Positions 19,072 through 27,139 of a stretch of DNA of 64,000 nucleotides are shown here, one piece after another. The translations under genes were made by a program, and so were the position numbers. Origin of the DNA: Spirochaetes bacterium RBG_16_49_21 (GTDB lineage Bacteria; Spirochaetota; UBA4802; UBA5550); contig MIBJ01000037.1 in assembly GCA_001829495.1 (NCBI GenBank), positions 39,521-103,520 of the forward strand, read 5' to 3'. Each line of letters opens with the position of its first letter. Position 1 is the first letter of the stretch. The notes under the pieces were generated by a model. It made no database searches. It was not told where the DNA came from and saw nothing but the letters and a program-made list of their open reading frames with translations.

Positions 19072-19328
19072 CTCACCCCCCCTGCCCCCCTCTCTACTCC
19101 GTAAAGAGGGGGGAATCGTTATACGGAGCTTCTTGAATATCCCTCCCCCTTCTCTTCGTCCAAGAGAAGGGGGAGGGAATTATATTTCTATTATTGCTGA
19201 TTGTGGCAACAAAAAAATTCTAATTGATTTTTTTGGTAAGAAATTCTAATCATTTCGCAGCATCAAGCTTCCTTCACTCCCCCTCTCTTTTATTCATTTA
19301 TTAATGGGAGAGGGGGTCGGGGGGTGAG
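19072..19328. repeat. palindromic MITE-like repeat, copy C of the CTCACCC...CCCTCTC family
   Basis: Termini CTCACCCCCCCTGCCCCCCTCTC / GAGAGGGGGTCGGGGGGTGAG are inverted repeats. The right ~55 nt closely match copy A (48980-49035). Contains an internal perfect hairpin CCCTCCCCCTTCTCTT-CGTCC-AAGAGAAGGGGGAGGG. Confidence 0.7.
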
Positions 19329-19401
19329 GGCATATGGGTAATAATTTTTTTAAAAAAATGCCATTTTTATAAGATAATACTATAAGGGTTTGCGGACCTG
19401 C

Positions 19402-19989
19402 ATGAACAGTCATATTCAAAAAACGAATTTCGTCAACAGCTACCAGGCCTCGACTTCCGTCGTTCCCGAGGTGATTGAAAAATTAATATCCGATCTGAAA
19501 AAATACGGCTATTCCCAGCCCGATATCGACGAGATCGTCCTTTCCCTCGATGAAGCGATTACCAACGCGATCCAGGTAACCCTGGAGATAAACCGGGAAA
19601 ACCTTCCGGCCTATGAATCATCCGAGGCACGGGATATCACGGTCCGGTATACCATAACCGGTGAGATATTCGATGCCACCATCATCGACCACGGCAAAGG
19701 GCTTGATATCTTCAGCATTCTTAACGCCACGCCCCAGATGGGCTCCAAAAACTATATCAATCAAATAATCAGCTACGCCTCTGATTCGGAGCAGCAAAAA
19801 ATCAAGGTGCGCGTGAACGGCAAGGAGGTCCCTCTCCGGGGCATCGGGGCCGGACTGAAGATAATCCTCAATTTCATGGACACCGTCACCATCGATCTTA
19901 TTGACAAAGAACATGTGATAACTCAATCTGTCACCGAGCACACCGACGGCACGATCTTCAACATGAAAAGAAAAAGAAGATATCGATGA
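19402..19989 (+). CDS. RsbW/SpoIIAB-like anti-sigma factor serine kinase (HATPase_c fold)
   Basis: N-box 'LDEAITNAI', G1 'IIDHGKG' and G2 'LRGIGAGL'. The ATG at 19402 is preferred to the TTG at 19390. Confidence 0.7.
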   Translation: MNSHIQKTNFVNSYQASTSVVPEVIEKLISDLKKYGYSQPDIDEIVLSLDEAITNAIQVTLEINRENLPAYESSEARDITVRYTITGEIFDATIIDHGKGLDIFSILNATPQMGSKNYINQIISYASDSEQQKIKVRVNGKEVPLRGIGAGLKIILNFMDTVTIDLIDKEHVITQSVTEHTDGTIFNMKRKRRYR

Positions 19990-20759
19990 AAGAAAAAAAA
20001 TTCCTCAACTCTTTCGACGACCCCGAATTCATGCACTCGCGCGAAGCACGGATCATACGCATTATGAGCGAATATCTCGAACCGGAGAAACGGTTTAATG
20101 ACCTGGAGATAAAACATACCGTGGTCTTTTTCGGATCGGCGCGGATCGACCCCGAAGGAGCTGATGAGAGGAATGCGGCGAAATACTACCATGCGGCGGC
20201 GGATTTCGCCTTCAGCCTTGCGAATCTGAACAAAGAGATAGAGCATGAGACCGGGGAGCGGTTCTACATCTGCACGGGCGGAGGTCCGGGCATCATGGAG
20301 GCGGCCAATATGGGGGCGTCCCGCGCCGGCGCCCGGAGCATAGGCCTGAACATAGACCTGCCGATGGAGCAGGCGCCCAACAAGTATATCTCCCCGGAGC
20401 TGATCATTAAATTTCATTACTTCTTCATGAGAAAGCTCTGGTTTCTGTACCAGGCCAAGGCGATCATAATCTTCCCCGGCGGTTTCGGGACCATGGACGA
20501 GCTCTTTGAGACCCTGACCCTGGTGCAGACGAGAAAGATGGAGAAGATCGATATCCCCATCCTCCTCTATGATAAGGAATTCTGGTCCACGGTCATCAAT
20601 TTCGGCAAGCTGGTTGAGTGCGGATTTATCTCGCCCGAAGATATGGAGCTGTTCCATTTTTTCTCAGACGTCGATGAAGGGATAGAAATCCTCCGGCCCA
20701 GGCTGATTGAGTTGATTAAAAACGTCCATAAATATCTTGAAATGAAATTCCCTATTTAA
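19986..20759 (+). CDS. LOG-family (TIGR00730) nucleotide 5'-monophosphate nucleosidase / 'lysine decarboxylase-like' protein
   Basis: 'TGGGPGIMEAAN' and 'PGGFGTMDELFE' LOG signatures. ATGA start/stop overlap with the upstream gene. Confidence 0.85.
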   Translation: MKEKKFLNSFDDPEFMHSREARIIRIMSEYLEPEKRFNDLEIKHTVVFFGSARIDPEGADERNAAKYYHAAADFAFSLANLNKEIEHETGERFYICTGGGPGIMEAANMGASRAGARSIGLNIDLPMEQAPNKYISPELIIKFHYFFMRKLWFLYQAKAIIIFPGGFGTMDELFETLTLVQTRKMEKIDIPILLYDKEFWSTVINFGKLVECGFISPEDMELFHFFSDVDEGIEILRPRLIELIKNVHKYLEMKFPI

Positions 20760-20770
20760 CGGCGAGCGAT

Positions 20771-20855
20771 TGCCCAGGGAGGGACTTGAACCCTCACGAA
20801 CGTAACGTTCAAGGGATTTTAAGTCCCTTGTGTCTGCCAATTCCACCACCTGGGC
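20771..20855 (-). tRNA. tRNA-Leu (anticodon UAA), long variable arm
   Basis: Reverse complement GCCCAGGTGGTGGAATTGGCAGACACAAGGGACTTAAAATCCCTT...GGGTTCAAGTCCCTCCCTGGGCA. Anticodon loop CTTAAAA. Confidence 0.9.
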
Positions 20856-20861
20856 GCAATG

Positions 20862-20934
20862 AGGCGCCGAGCGGATTCGAACCGCTGCATAAAGGTTTTG
20901 CAGACCTCTCCCTTAGCCACTTGGGTACGGCGCC
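20862..20934 (-). tRNA. tRNA-Cys (anticodon GCA)
   Basis: Reverse complement GGCGCCGTACCCAAGTGGCTAAGGGAGAGGTCTGCAAAACCTTTATGCAGCGGTTCGAATCCGCTCGGCGCCT. Anticodon loop CTGCAAA. Confidence 0.9.
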
Positions 20935-20999
20935 GATCTATGGACTGTCACACCATTTTTTAGCTTCATTTTGCGTTGTCAACTTAAAATAACCCACCG

Positions 21000-21058
21000 A
21001 TGATAAATTCACGCCCCCGAAGGCGGGGTTGCGCAACCCCGCCTTCTCAATGATAAAT
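21000..21058. repeat. 28 bp perfect palindrome flanked by 9 bp direct repeats (mini insertion-like element)
   Basis: GAAGGCGGGGTTGC|GCAACCCCGCCTTC (21019-21046). ATGATAAAT occurs at 21000-21008 and again at 21050-21058. Confidence 0.6.
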
Positions 21059-21190
21059 ACAACCCGAAAATTAATTCATCATCCTGTTTTATAAATATTG
21101 ACAATTTGCCCGGAGAAATAATCATTGATCCATCGATTGTAATCTCTTGAAAAAATATATTTAAAAAATAAGCTAAAACAGGAGGTCTTT

Positions 21191-23599
21191 ATGGCAAGAA
21201 GGATACAAAAAGCAGCTGTTATTGGCTCTGGCATAATGGGTGGAGGCATAGCCGCTCTCTGTGCCGGTGCGGGAATTCCCACGTTGCTACTCGACATTGT
21301 CCCGTTCGATCTCAAAGACGAGGAAAAAAATAACCCGGCGGCGAGAAATCGGATTGCCAATGCGGGCAAGGAGGGGATATTAAAGGCAAAACCGGCGCTT
21401 CTCTACGACAAAGACAAGGACCCGAAACTGATTCAAACTGGGAACCTGGAGGACGATTTCAACAAGCTTGCCGAATGCGATTGGATCGTCGAGGTCGTGG
21501 TTGAAAATCTGAAAATCAAGCAGGATCTGTTCAGCCGGATCGAAAAAGTAGCAAAAAAAGACGCCATCATATCAACAAACACGTCCGGCCTGCCGCTGAA
21601 CAAAATAGCTCAGGGAAGAAGCAAGGCGTTTAAAGAGCGTTTCCTCGGAACGCACTTCTTCAACCCGGTGCGCTACATGCACCTGCTTGAGATCATACCC
21701 GGCGCGGAAACAAAGAAAGAAATACTGTCCTTCATGGCCGAATTCGGTGAAAAGGTTCTGGGCAAGGGAGTCGTGTGGGCGAAGGATACCCCGAACTTCA
21801 TCGGGAACAGAATCGGAACCTTTAACGGCGTATCCGGCATACAGCTTATGATGGAAATGGACATGACGGTTCCGCAGATCGATGCAATCCTCAGCTCTGA
21901 GATAGGGCGCCCTAAAACCGGAGCTTTTAAGTTGATCGACATGGTCGGCCTTGACACCTTCGTCCATGTCGCGGACAATTGCTACGAATTCTGCCCTGAT
22001 GATGAGTATCGCGACCACCTCAAATTGCCGCCGTTTGTATATAAGATGTATGAGAAAAAAATGCTCGGAAACAAAACCAAGGGCGGGTTCTATAAAAAAG
22101 AAGTCACCGCAGACTGGAAAAAGATTGATAAAGTGATCAATCTTAAAACACTGGAATATCAAACCTATGATAAGGTAGATTTCCCCTGCCTTGCTGAGGC
22201 GAGAAAGGCAACTAACCTGGTTGATAAACTGAACATCATGGTCTATGGAACCGATAAGGGATCATTGTTCGCATGGAGGGTTATATCCGGCGGTCTCATT
22301 TATGCAGCGAGCAAGATCCCGGAGATCGCTGACTCCATCTTAGAGATCGATAAGGCGATGAAATGGGGCTATAATAATGAAATGGGCCCCTTCGAGATAT
22401 GGGACGCCATCGGCATAAAGAAATCCGTTGTCAGAATGAAAAAAGAAGGGATGAAGGTTCCTAAAAAAGTCCTGGCCATGCTTGAAAAAGGTTATAAAAC
22501 TTTTTACAAGACAGAAAAGGGAAAGCAGATGTACTACGATCTTAAATCCGGAAAATATAAAGAGATCGTAACGAGCCCGCTGTCCATATCGCTCATGAGC
22601 CTCAAGAGCAATAAAAAAACAGTTAAAGAGAACGCCTCAGCTTCAATTATTGATTTAGGCGACGGTGTATTCAACGTCGAGTTTCATACGAAGATGAACG
22701 CGATCAACGGGGAAATGGGGGAAATGGTTGTTGAAGGACTGGAATATGCCATTAAAAACGGCGTAGGCCTTGTGCTGGGCAACCAGGCTTCGGGAATGCC
22801 CGGTGCATTTTCGGCAGGCGGCGATCTCGGATTCATGGGAGCCAAGGCGAAAGCCAAGGATTTTTCCGGAATCGACACCATGATCAAAAATCTCCACAAA
22901 ATGATGCTGGGGCTCAAATACGCGCCCATACCGGTCATTGCAGCGCCGTTCGGCCTGACTCTGGGAGGCGGGTGTGAATTTTGCCTTGCCTCGGATAGGA
23001 TTGTCACCCACATCGATCTCAATATGGGCCAGGTCGAGATCGGAGCTGGCCTTGTCCCTGGAGGATGCGGTATGATGCACCTGTGGCAGAGATATGTAGA
23101 TTCTATTCCCGGCAACGTCAATATCGCAGATTGGGGCGCCTATCTGATACCGGCTTTCACGACTGTTTTTCAGGCAAAGGTCTCCATGTCTGCGTTTGAA
23201 GCCCGCAAGGCGGGATTTTTAAGACCCACGGACAAGATCGTTTTCAATAAGGACAACCTCATCGGAGAGGCGAAAAAAGAAATCCTCAGGATGGTCGAGG
23301 ACGGATACGTTCCCCCGACTCCGAAGAATTATCCGGTGATGGGTCAGGAAGGTCAGGGCATGATATGGGGTAATTTCCAGAATTTAAGAATCGGCGGATA
23401 CGTGCCGAAGCATCTGGAGTTTATAGCCAAAAAGATTGCTTACTGTATTACCGGAGGCGAAGCCAAGCAGGGTCAGCTCGTATCAGAGGATTATCTCTGC
23501 AAGCTGGAGCGCGAGACTTTTGTCGAACTTTGGAAAACGGAAGAGACCCAGAAGATGGCGGAGCATATCCTGACCACGGGCAAACCGTTGCTGATCTAA
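21191..23599 (+). CDS. bifunctional 3-hydroxyacyl-CoA dehydrogenase / enoyl-CoA hydratase (FadN-like, 802 aa)
   Basis: N-terminal NAD fold 'AAVIGSGIMGGGIAA' and 'GTHFFNPVRYMHLLEI'. Crotonase-like C-terminal half 'AAPFGLTLGGGCEF'. SD AGGAGG upstream. Confidence 0.9.
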   Translation: MARRIQKAAVIGSGIMGGGIAALCAGAGIPTLLLDIVPFDLKDEEKNNPAARNRIANAGKEGILKAKPALLYDKDKDPKLIQTGNLEDDFNKLAECDWIVEVVVENLKIKQDLFSRIEKVAKKDAIISTNTSGLPLNKIAQGRSKAFKERFLGTHFFNPVRYMHLLEIIPGAETKKEILSFMAEFGEKVLGKGVVWAKDTPNFIGNRIGTFNGVSGIQLMMEMDMTVPQIDAILSSEIGRPKTGAFKLIDMVGLDTFVHVADNCYEFCPDDEYRDHLKLPPFVYKMYEKKMLGNKTKGGFYKKEVTADWKKIDKVINLKTLEYQTYDKVDFPCLAEARKATNLVDKLNIMVYGTDKGSLFAWRVISGGLIYAASKIPEIADSILEIDKAMKWGYNNEMGPFEIWDAIGIKKSVVRMKKEGMKVPKKVLAMLEKGYKTFYKTEKGKQMYYDLKSGKYKEIVTSPLSISLMSLKSNKKTVKENASASIIDLGDGVFNVEFHTKMNAINGEMGEMVVEGLEYAIKNGVGLVLGNQASGMPGAFSAGGDLGFMGAKAKAKDFSGIDTMIKNLHKMMLGLKYAPIPVIAAPFGLTLGGGCEFCLASDRIVTHIDLNMGQVEIGAGLVPGGCGMMHLWQRYVDSIPGNVNIADWGAYLIPAFTTVFQAKVSMSAFEARKAGFLRPTDKIVFNKDNLIGEAKKEILRMVEDGYVPPTPKNYPVMGQEGQGMIWGNFQNLRIGGYVPKHLEFIAKKIAYCITGGEAKQGQLVSEDYLCKLERETFVELWKTEETQKMAEHILTTGKPLLI

Positions 23600-23690
23600 A
23601 AATAATTATAATTGAAATTTACCCCGGCGCCTTCGGCTGCCGGGGGTAAAAATTCAAAAATATTGTATTATTGAATTACAGGAGGAAACC

Positions 23691-24896
23691 ATGAGAGACG
23701 CATATATCGTAAGTGCCGTAAGAACGCCCGGATGCAGGCGGGGAAAGGGAGCCCTCGCCCAAACCAGGCCCGAAAAGCTGATCGTCCAGGCGATCAATGC
23801 CGCGATTGAGAAGGCCGGCATCGACAAGGGCGCAGTTGATGATTTCATGCTGGGATGCGCATTCCCGGAAGCTGAACAGGGCTTGAATTTAGGAAGGATT
23901 GCGGTCCAGATCGCCCGGTTCCCCGATTCGGTCACCGGCGCTACCGTGAACCGGTTCTGCGCATCAGGCCTTGAAGCAATTGCCCAATCCGCTATGCGGG
24001 TAATGGCGGGATGGTCCGAGGTATGCATGGCCGGCGGGCTTGAGTCCATGTCGACCGTGCCGATGGGCGGAAACCTTCCCCGGCCGCTGCCGGACTGGGC
24101 GAAAGAGCAGCCGGACGTGTATATTTCAATGGGCATCACTGCTGAGAATGTGGCGAACAGATACAAAATCAGCCGGCAAATGCAGGATGAATTCGCGTAT
24201 CATTCGCAGATGAAGGCTGCTGATGCGCAGAAAAACAAGCTTTTTACTGAAATACTTTCCACCGTGGCCGACCGGTTCGTGGAAAAACCGGACGGGAACA
24301 TCGTCCGCGAGACCTTCGTACAGGATTTCGACGACGGCGTCAGGGCTGATACGACAATAGAGGGCCTGGGAAAGTTAAAGCCCGCTTTTGCCGCCAACGG
24401 ATCGGTCACGGCCGGCAACGCCTCCCAGACTACGGATGGAGCGGCGGCGTGCATTATTATGAGCGAAGCGGCATTGAGCAAATACGGCGTTAAACCGCTT
24501 GCGAAGCTGATTGCCTACACAACGGCGGGGTGCAAGGCCGACGAAATGGGAGTCGGCCCCGCATACGCGATACCCAAGCTTCTGAAGTTAACCGGAAAGA
24601 ACATCAACGACATCGGTCTGTTTGAAATAAACGAGGCTTTCGCATCGCAGGCCATCTACTGCGCGCAACAGCTCGGCATCGGGGATAAGAAGGAGTGGGC
24701 GATTGACAGCCAGTCAAAAAGAATCAACATTACCGGCGGCGCCATCGCCCTGGGCCACCCGCTCGGCTGCACCGGATCAAAACTCGCTGCTACCCTCATA
24801 GCAAACATGAGGCGGAAAGGCGTGAAATACGGCGTAGAGTCGATGTGCATCGGCGGGGGTATGGGAGCGGCAGCGCTCTTCGAATTATGCGAGTAG
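23691..24896 (+). CDS. acetyl-CoA C-acyltransferase (thiolase)
   Basis: Active-site 'NRFCASGLEA', 'NEAFASQ', 'GGAIALGHPLGCTG' and 'CIGGGMG'. Confidence 0.95.
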   Translation: MRDAYIVSAVRTPGCRRGKGALAQTRPEKLIVQAINAAIEKAGIDKGAVDDFMLGCAFPEAEQGLNLGRIAVQIARFPDSVTGATVNRFCASGLEAIAQSAMRVMAGWSEVCMAGGLESMSTVPMGGNLPRPLPDWAKEQPDVYISMGITAENVANRYKISRQMQDEFAYHSQMKAADAQKNKLFTEILSTVADRFVEKPDGNIVRETFVQDFDDGVRADTTIEGLGKLKPAFAANGSVTAGNASQTTDGAAACIIMSEAALSKYGVKPLAKLIAYTTAGCKADEMGVGPAYAIPKLLKLTGKNINDIGLFEINEAFASQAIYCAQQLGIGDKKEWAIDSQSKRINITGGAIALGHPLGCTGSKLAATLIANMRRKGVKYGVESMCIGGGMGAAALFELCE

Positions 24897-24914
24897 TCCG
24901 TCACACAACACGAT

Positions 24915-24946
24915 AAAAAAGCCGCCTCCGGGCGGCTTTTTTATTT
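24915..24946 (+). terminator. rho-independent terminator after the thiolase gene
   Basis: AAAAAAGCCGCC-TCCG-GGCGGCTTTTTT followed by ATTT. Confidence 0.8.
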
Positions 24947-25026
24947 GTGTGAATTCAAATACACTTAAGTTAAGTCCAAAAAAGTCCGAATTTATGGTAT
25001 AGGAAATATCCGGAAGGAGCGTGACA

Positions 25027-25170
25027 ATGGTAACAAAACATCACGACATGAACAAATGGAAGCGGGAGCAGCTGGAATATTTTAAAAAATATTTAAGCGC
25101 CTTTAATACCGATTCAAGAGAATACAACCTCATCATGAAAGGCATTCAGGACTTGGAAAAAAGCATGTAA
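25027..25170 (+). CDS. candidate small protein (47 aa), below the ORF-track length cut-off
   Basis: ATG at 25027 lies 8 nt after AGGAG. Translation: MVTKHHDMNKWKREQLEYFKKYLSAFNTDSREYNLIMKGIQDLEKSM. The TAA stop is embedded in a perfect 10 bp hairpin (25166-25190). Confidence 0.4.
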   Translation: MVTKHHDMNKWKREQLEYFKKYLSAFNTDSREYNLIMKGIQDLEKSM

Positions 25171-25287
25171 GAGATGCCGCATCTCTTACACTCCATGCCT
25201 CTTCTACAGGCGTACCAATCTCGTCTTCAATAAATTCTTGACAGTGATCCAGTGCGCATACAGGGTATGCGATAGTGAAGGATTATT

Positions 25288-25905
25288 ATGCCGAAAAAAG
25301 AAGAAATTCAACAAAAAGAATCGCCCGCTGAAGAGGTTCTGAAAAGATTCAGGTCTTCACCATTGGCTGAAAAAACATCGAAAAAGAGAAAAATATCGGG
25401 TGGAATCTTTTTTGTTAATCTTATCCTGTTGGTGCTGCTTATCCTGTTATACATGAACAAAAAGGCGCCTGAAGAGTATCGGACATCCATATTTAAATAT
25501 AAAGGCCTCCAGTTCAGATTTTCAGAATCGAAAGACAAGGGATCGGGAAATTATTACTTCTCGTTAACGATAAAGTCAATGAACCAAAAAGACACAAGGC
25601 TTCATTTTCATGATCGTCTCGCGGATATCGTCCTGTATCATGATGACCTTCCTGTTTATAAAATGCCGCTCGGTGAAAACGTCACAACCCTGACCCTTAG
25701 TCCCGGCGGTACGAAAACCCTGGTTGAAATGCTAGATCGGAGCGCCTTAATAAAAATTTCGGACCGGCACCCTGAATTCGCCTCTTCAAAGAGAAAAAGC
25801 TGGTTCCGGCCTGAAATAAAGCATATACCATTTATCGCAGAACTCGAATTAAACACGGGTGACCGCATGTCGACATCGCTGCCGTTTGACTATGAGGTGG
25901 AATAA
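25288..25905 (+). CDS. hypothetical single-pass membrane protein
   Basis: 205 aa with one TM helix '[18 protein letters not shown]'. Its stop overlaps the comEB start (TAATG). Confidence 0.65.
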   Translation: MPKKEEIQQKESPAEEVLKRFRSSPLAEKTSKKRKISGGIFFVNLILLVLLILLYMNKKAPEEYRTSIFKYKGLQFRFSESKDKGSGNYYFSLTIKSMNQKDTRLHFHDRLADIVLYHDDLPVYKMPLGENVTTLTLSPGGTKTLVEMLDRSALIKISDRHPEFASSKRKSWFRPEIKHIPFIAELELNTGDRMSTSLPFDYEVE

Positions 25906-26357
25906 TGGCACGGCCGGACTGGGACGATTATTTCATGAAGATCGCTGAGGATGTAGCGACCCGGTCGACCTGCATCCGGAGAAGCGTCGGAGCGATCATC
26001 GTCAAGGACAAAAGGATTCTTTCAACCGGCTATAACGGCGCTCCGGCAAATATCGCCCATTGCACCGAAGAAACATGCCTGCGGACCATGTACAATGTGC
26101 CTTCCGGCGAGCGGCATGAGCTGTGCAGAGGGCTGCATGCCGAGCAGAATGCGATAATCCAGGCGGCCCTGCACGGCGCGTCGATCAAAGACGCGACGGT
26201 CTATATAACGCATCAGCCGTGCTCGATCTGCACCAAGATGCTTATCAACAGCGGGATAAAAAAAATAATATGCAGATCCGCTTACAATGACCGGTTTGCA
26301 GCCGAGCTTATCGCGGAATCAGGGATCACGTTGATAATACTTGATGAAAACCGGTAA
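25905..26357 (+). CDS. comEB: dCMP deaminase (ComEB family)
   Basis: 'WDDYFM..A..VA.RSTC', zinc motifs 'HAEQNA' and '[14 protein letters not shown]'. Confidence 0.9.
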   Translation: MARPDWDDYFMKIAEDVATRSTCIRRSVGAIIVKDKRILSTGYNGAPANIAHCTEETCLRTMYNVPSGERHELCRGLHAEQNAIIQAALHGASIKDATVYITHQPCSICTKMLINSGIKKIICRSAYNDRFAAELIAESGITLIILDENR

Positions 26358-26417
26358 GGGCGATTCATGGATCGCCCCTACCGCTCCGGCATTACCGGAC
26401 GGGGATGTAAACGCATA

Positions 26418-27131
26418 ATGAGACACATAGCCAGTGCATATCTTATCACGGCGGTCGTTTTCGCCTGTTCCATCGATCTCCCTGCTCAAGAAACAAAGAG
26501 CCCGAATGAACTATTTGAAAAGGCATCGGCATATTTTTTCAAGAAAAATTTTGATGCCGCGAGGCCGCTCTTGCAGAGGGTGATTGATGAAGATCCCGGT
26601 AATTCCCTGGCGTACACCTATTTAGGGGATATATATCTTATAAAAAAACGGTACAATGACGCCCTGGATCAATATAAAAAGAGCATGGAGATCAACCCGG
26701 CGGCAGGCACTAATTATTTCCGCATCGGCCAGGTATACTATTACAAAAAAAACGGATCGCAGGCCCTGGTCTATTTTAAAAAGGCCATCGATACGGACAA
26801 GAGGTTGAAATTCGCCTACTATCATATCGGCCTCACCTATCTCATGCTTCTCCGCGATAAGGAGAATACGATTACGAGCTGGGAGACATATTTAGCAGCT
26901 GCGCCCGACGATCCCCAGTATGAAAAGATCAAACGGGTCATAGCCCTATTGAAAGATCCGAATTTCGTCATCCCTCCTCCGGACAGCGACATTTCCATCG
27001 AGGAAGCGCTCCTTCTGGGCGGGTTGACCATTGACAAGGTTATGCGCAAATCGACCGATCGTGAGGAAGGACATGAATCAAAAAAGACGAAGCGGAAACT
27101 TGAGGATATCTATCTTGACGACGATTTATAG
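26418..27131 (+). CDS. secreted TPR-repeat protein
   Basis: A start at Met 26418 gives the signal peptide 'MRHIASAYLITAVVFACSIDLPAQE'. TPR-like repeats follow ('LAYTYLGDIYLIKKRYNDALDQYKKSMEINP'). The track start is 26367. Confidence 0.75.
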   Translation: MRHIASAYLITAVVFACSIDLPAQETKSPNELFEKASAYFFKKNFDAARPLLQRVIDEDPGNSLAYTYLGDIYLIKKRYNDALDQYKKSMEINPAAGTNYFRIGQVYYYKKNGSQALVYFKKAIDTDKRLKFAYYHIGLTYLMLLRDKENTITSWETYLAAAPDDPQYEKIKRVIALLKDPNFVIPPPDSDISIEEALLLGGLTIDKVMRKSTDREEGHESKKTKRKLEDIYLDDDL

Positions 27132-27139
27132 AGGCACAC

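Noticed and set aside
19072-19328. Possibility that the recurring GGGAGAGGG/CCCTCTCC repeats form a CRISPR array.
   Set aside because: The copies are tens of kilobases apart. They are internally palindromic, not separated by uniform spacers, and no cas genes are present.
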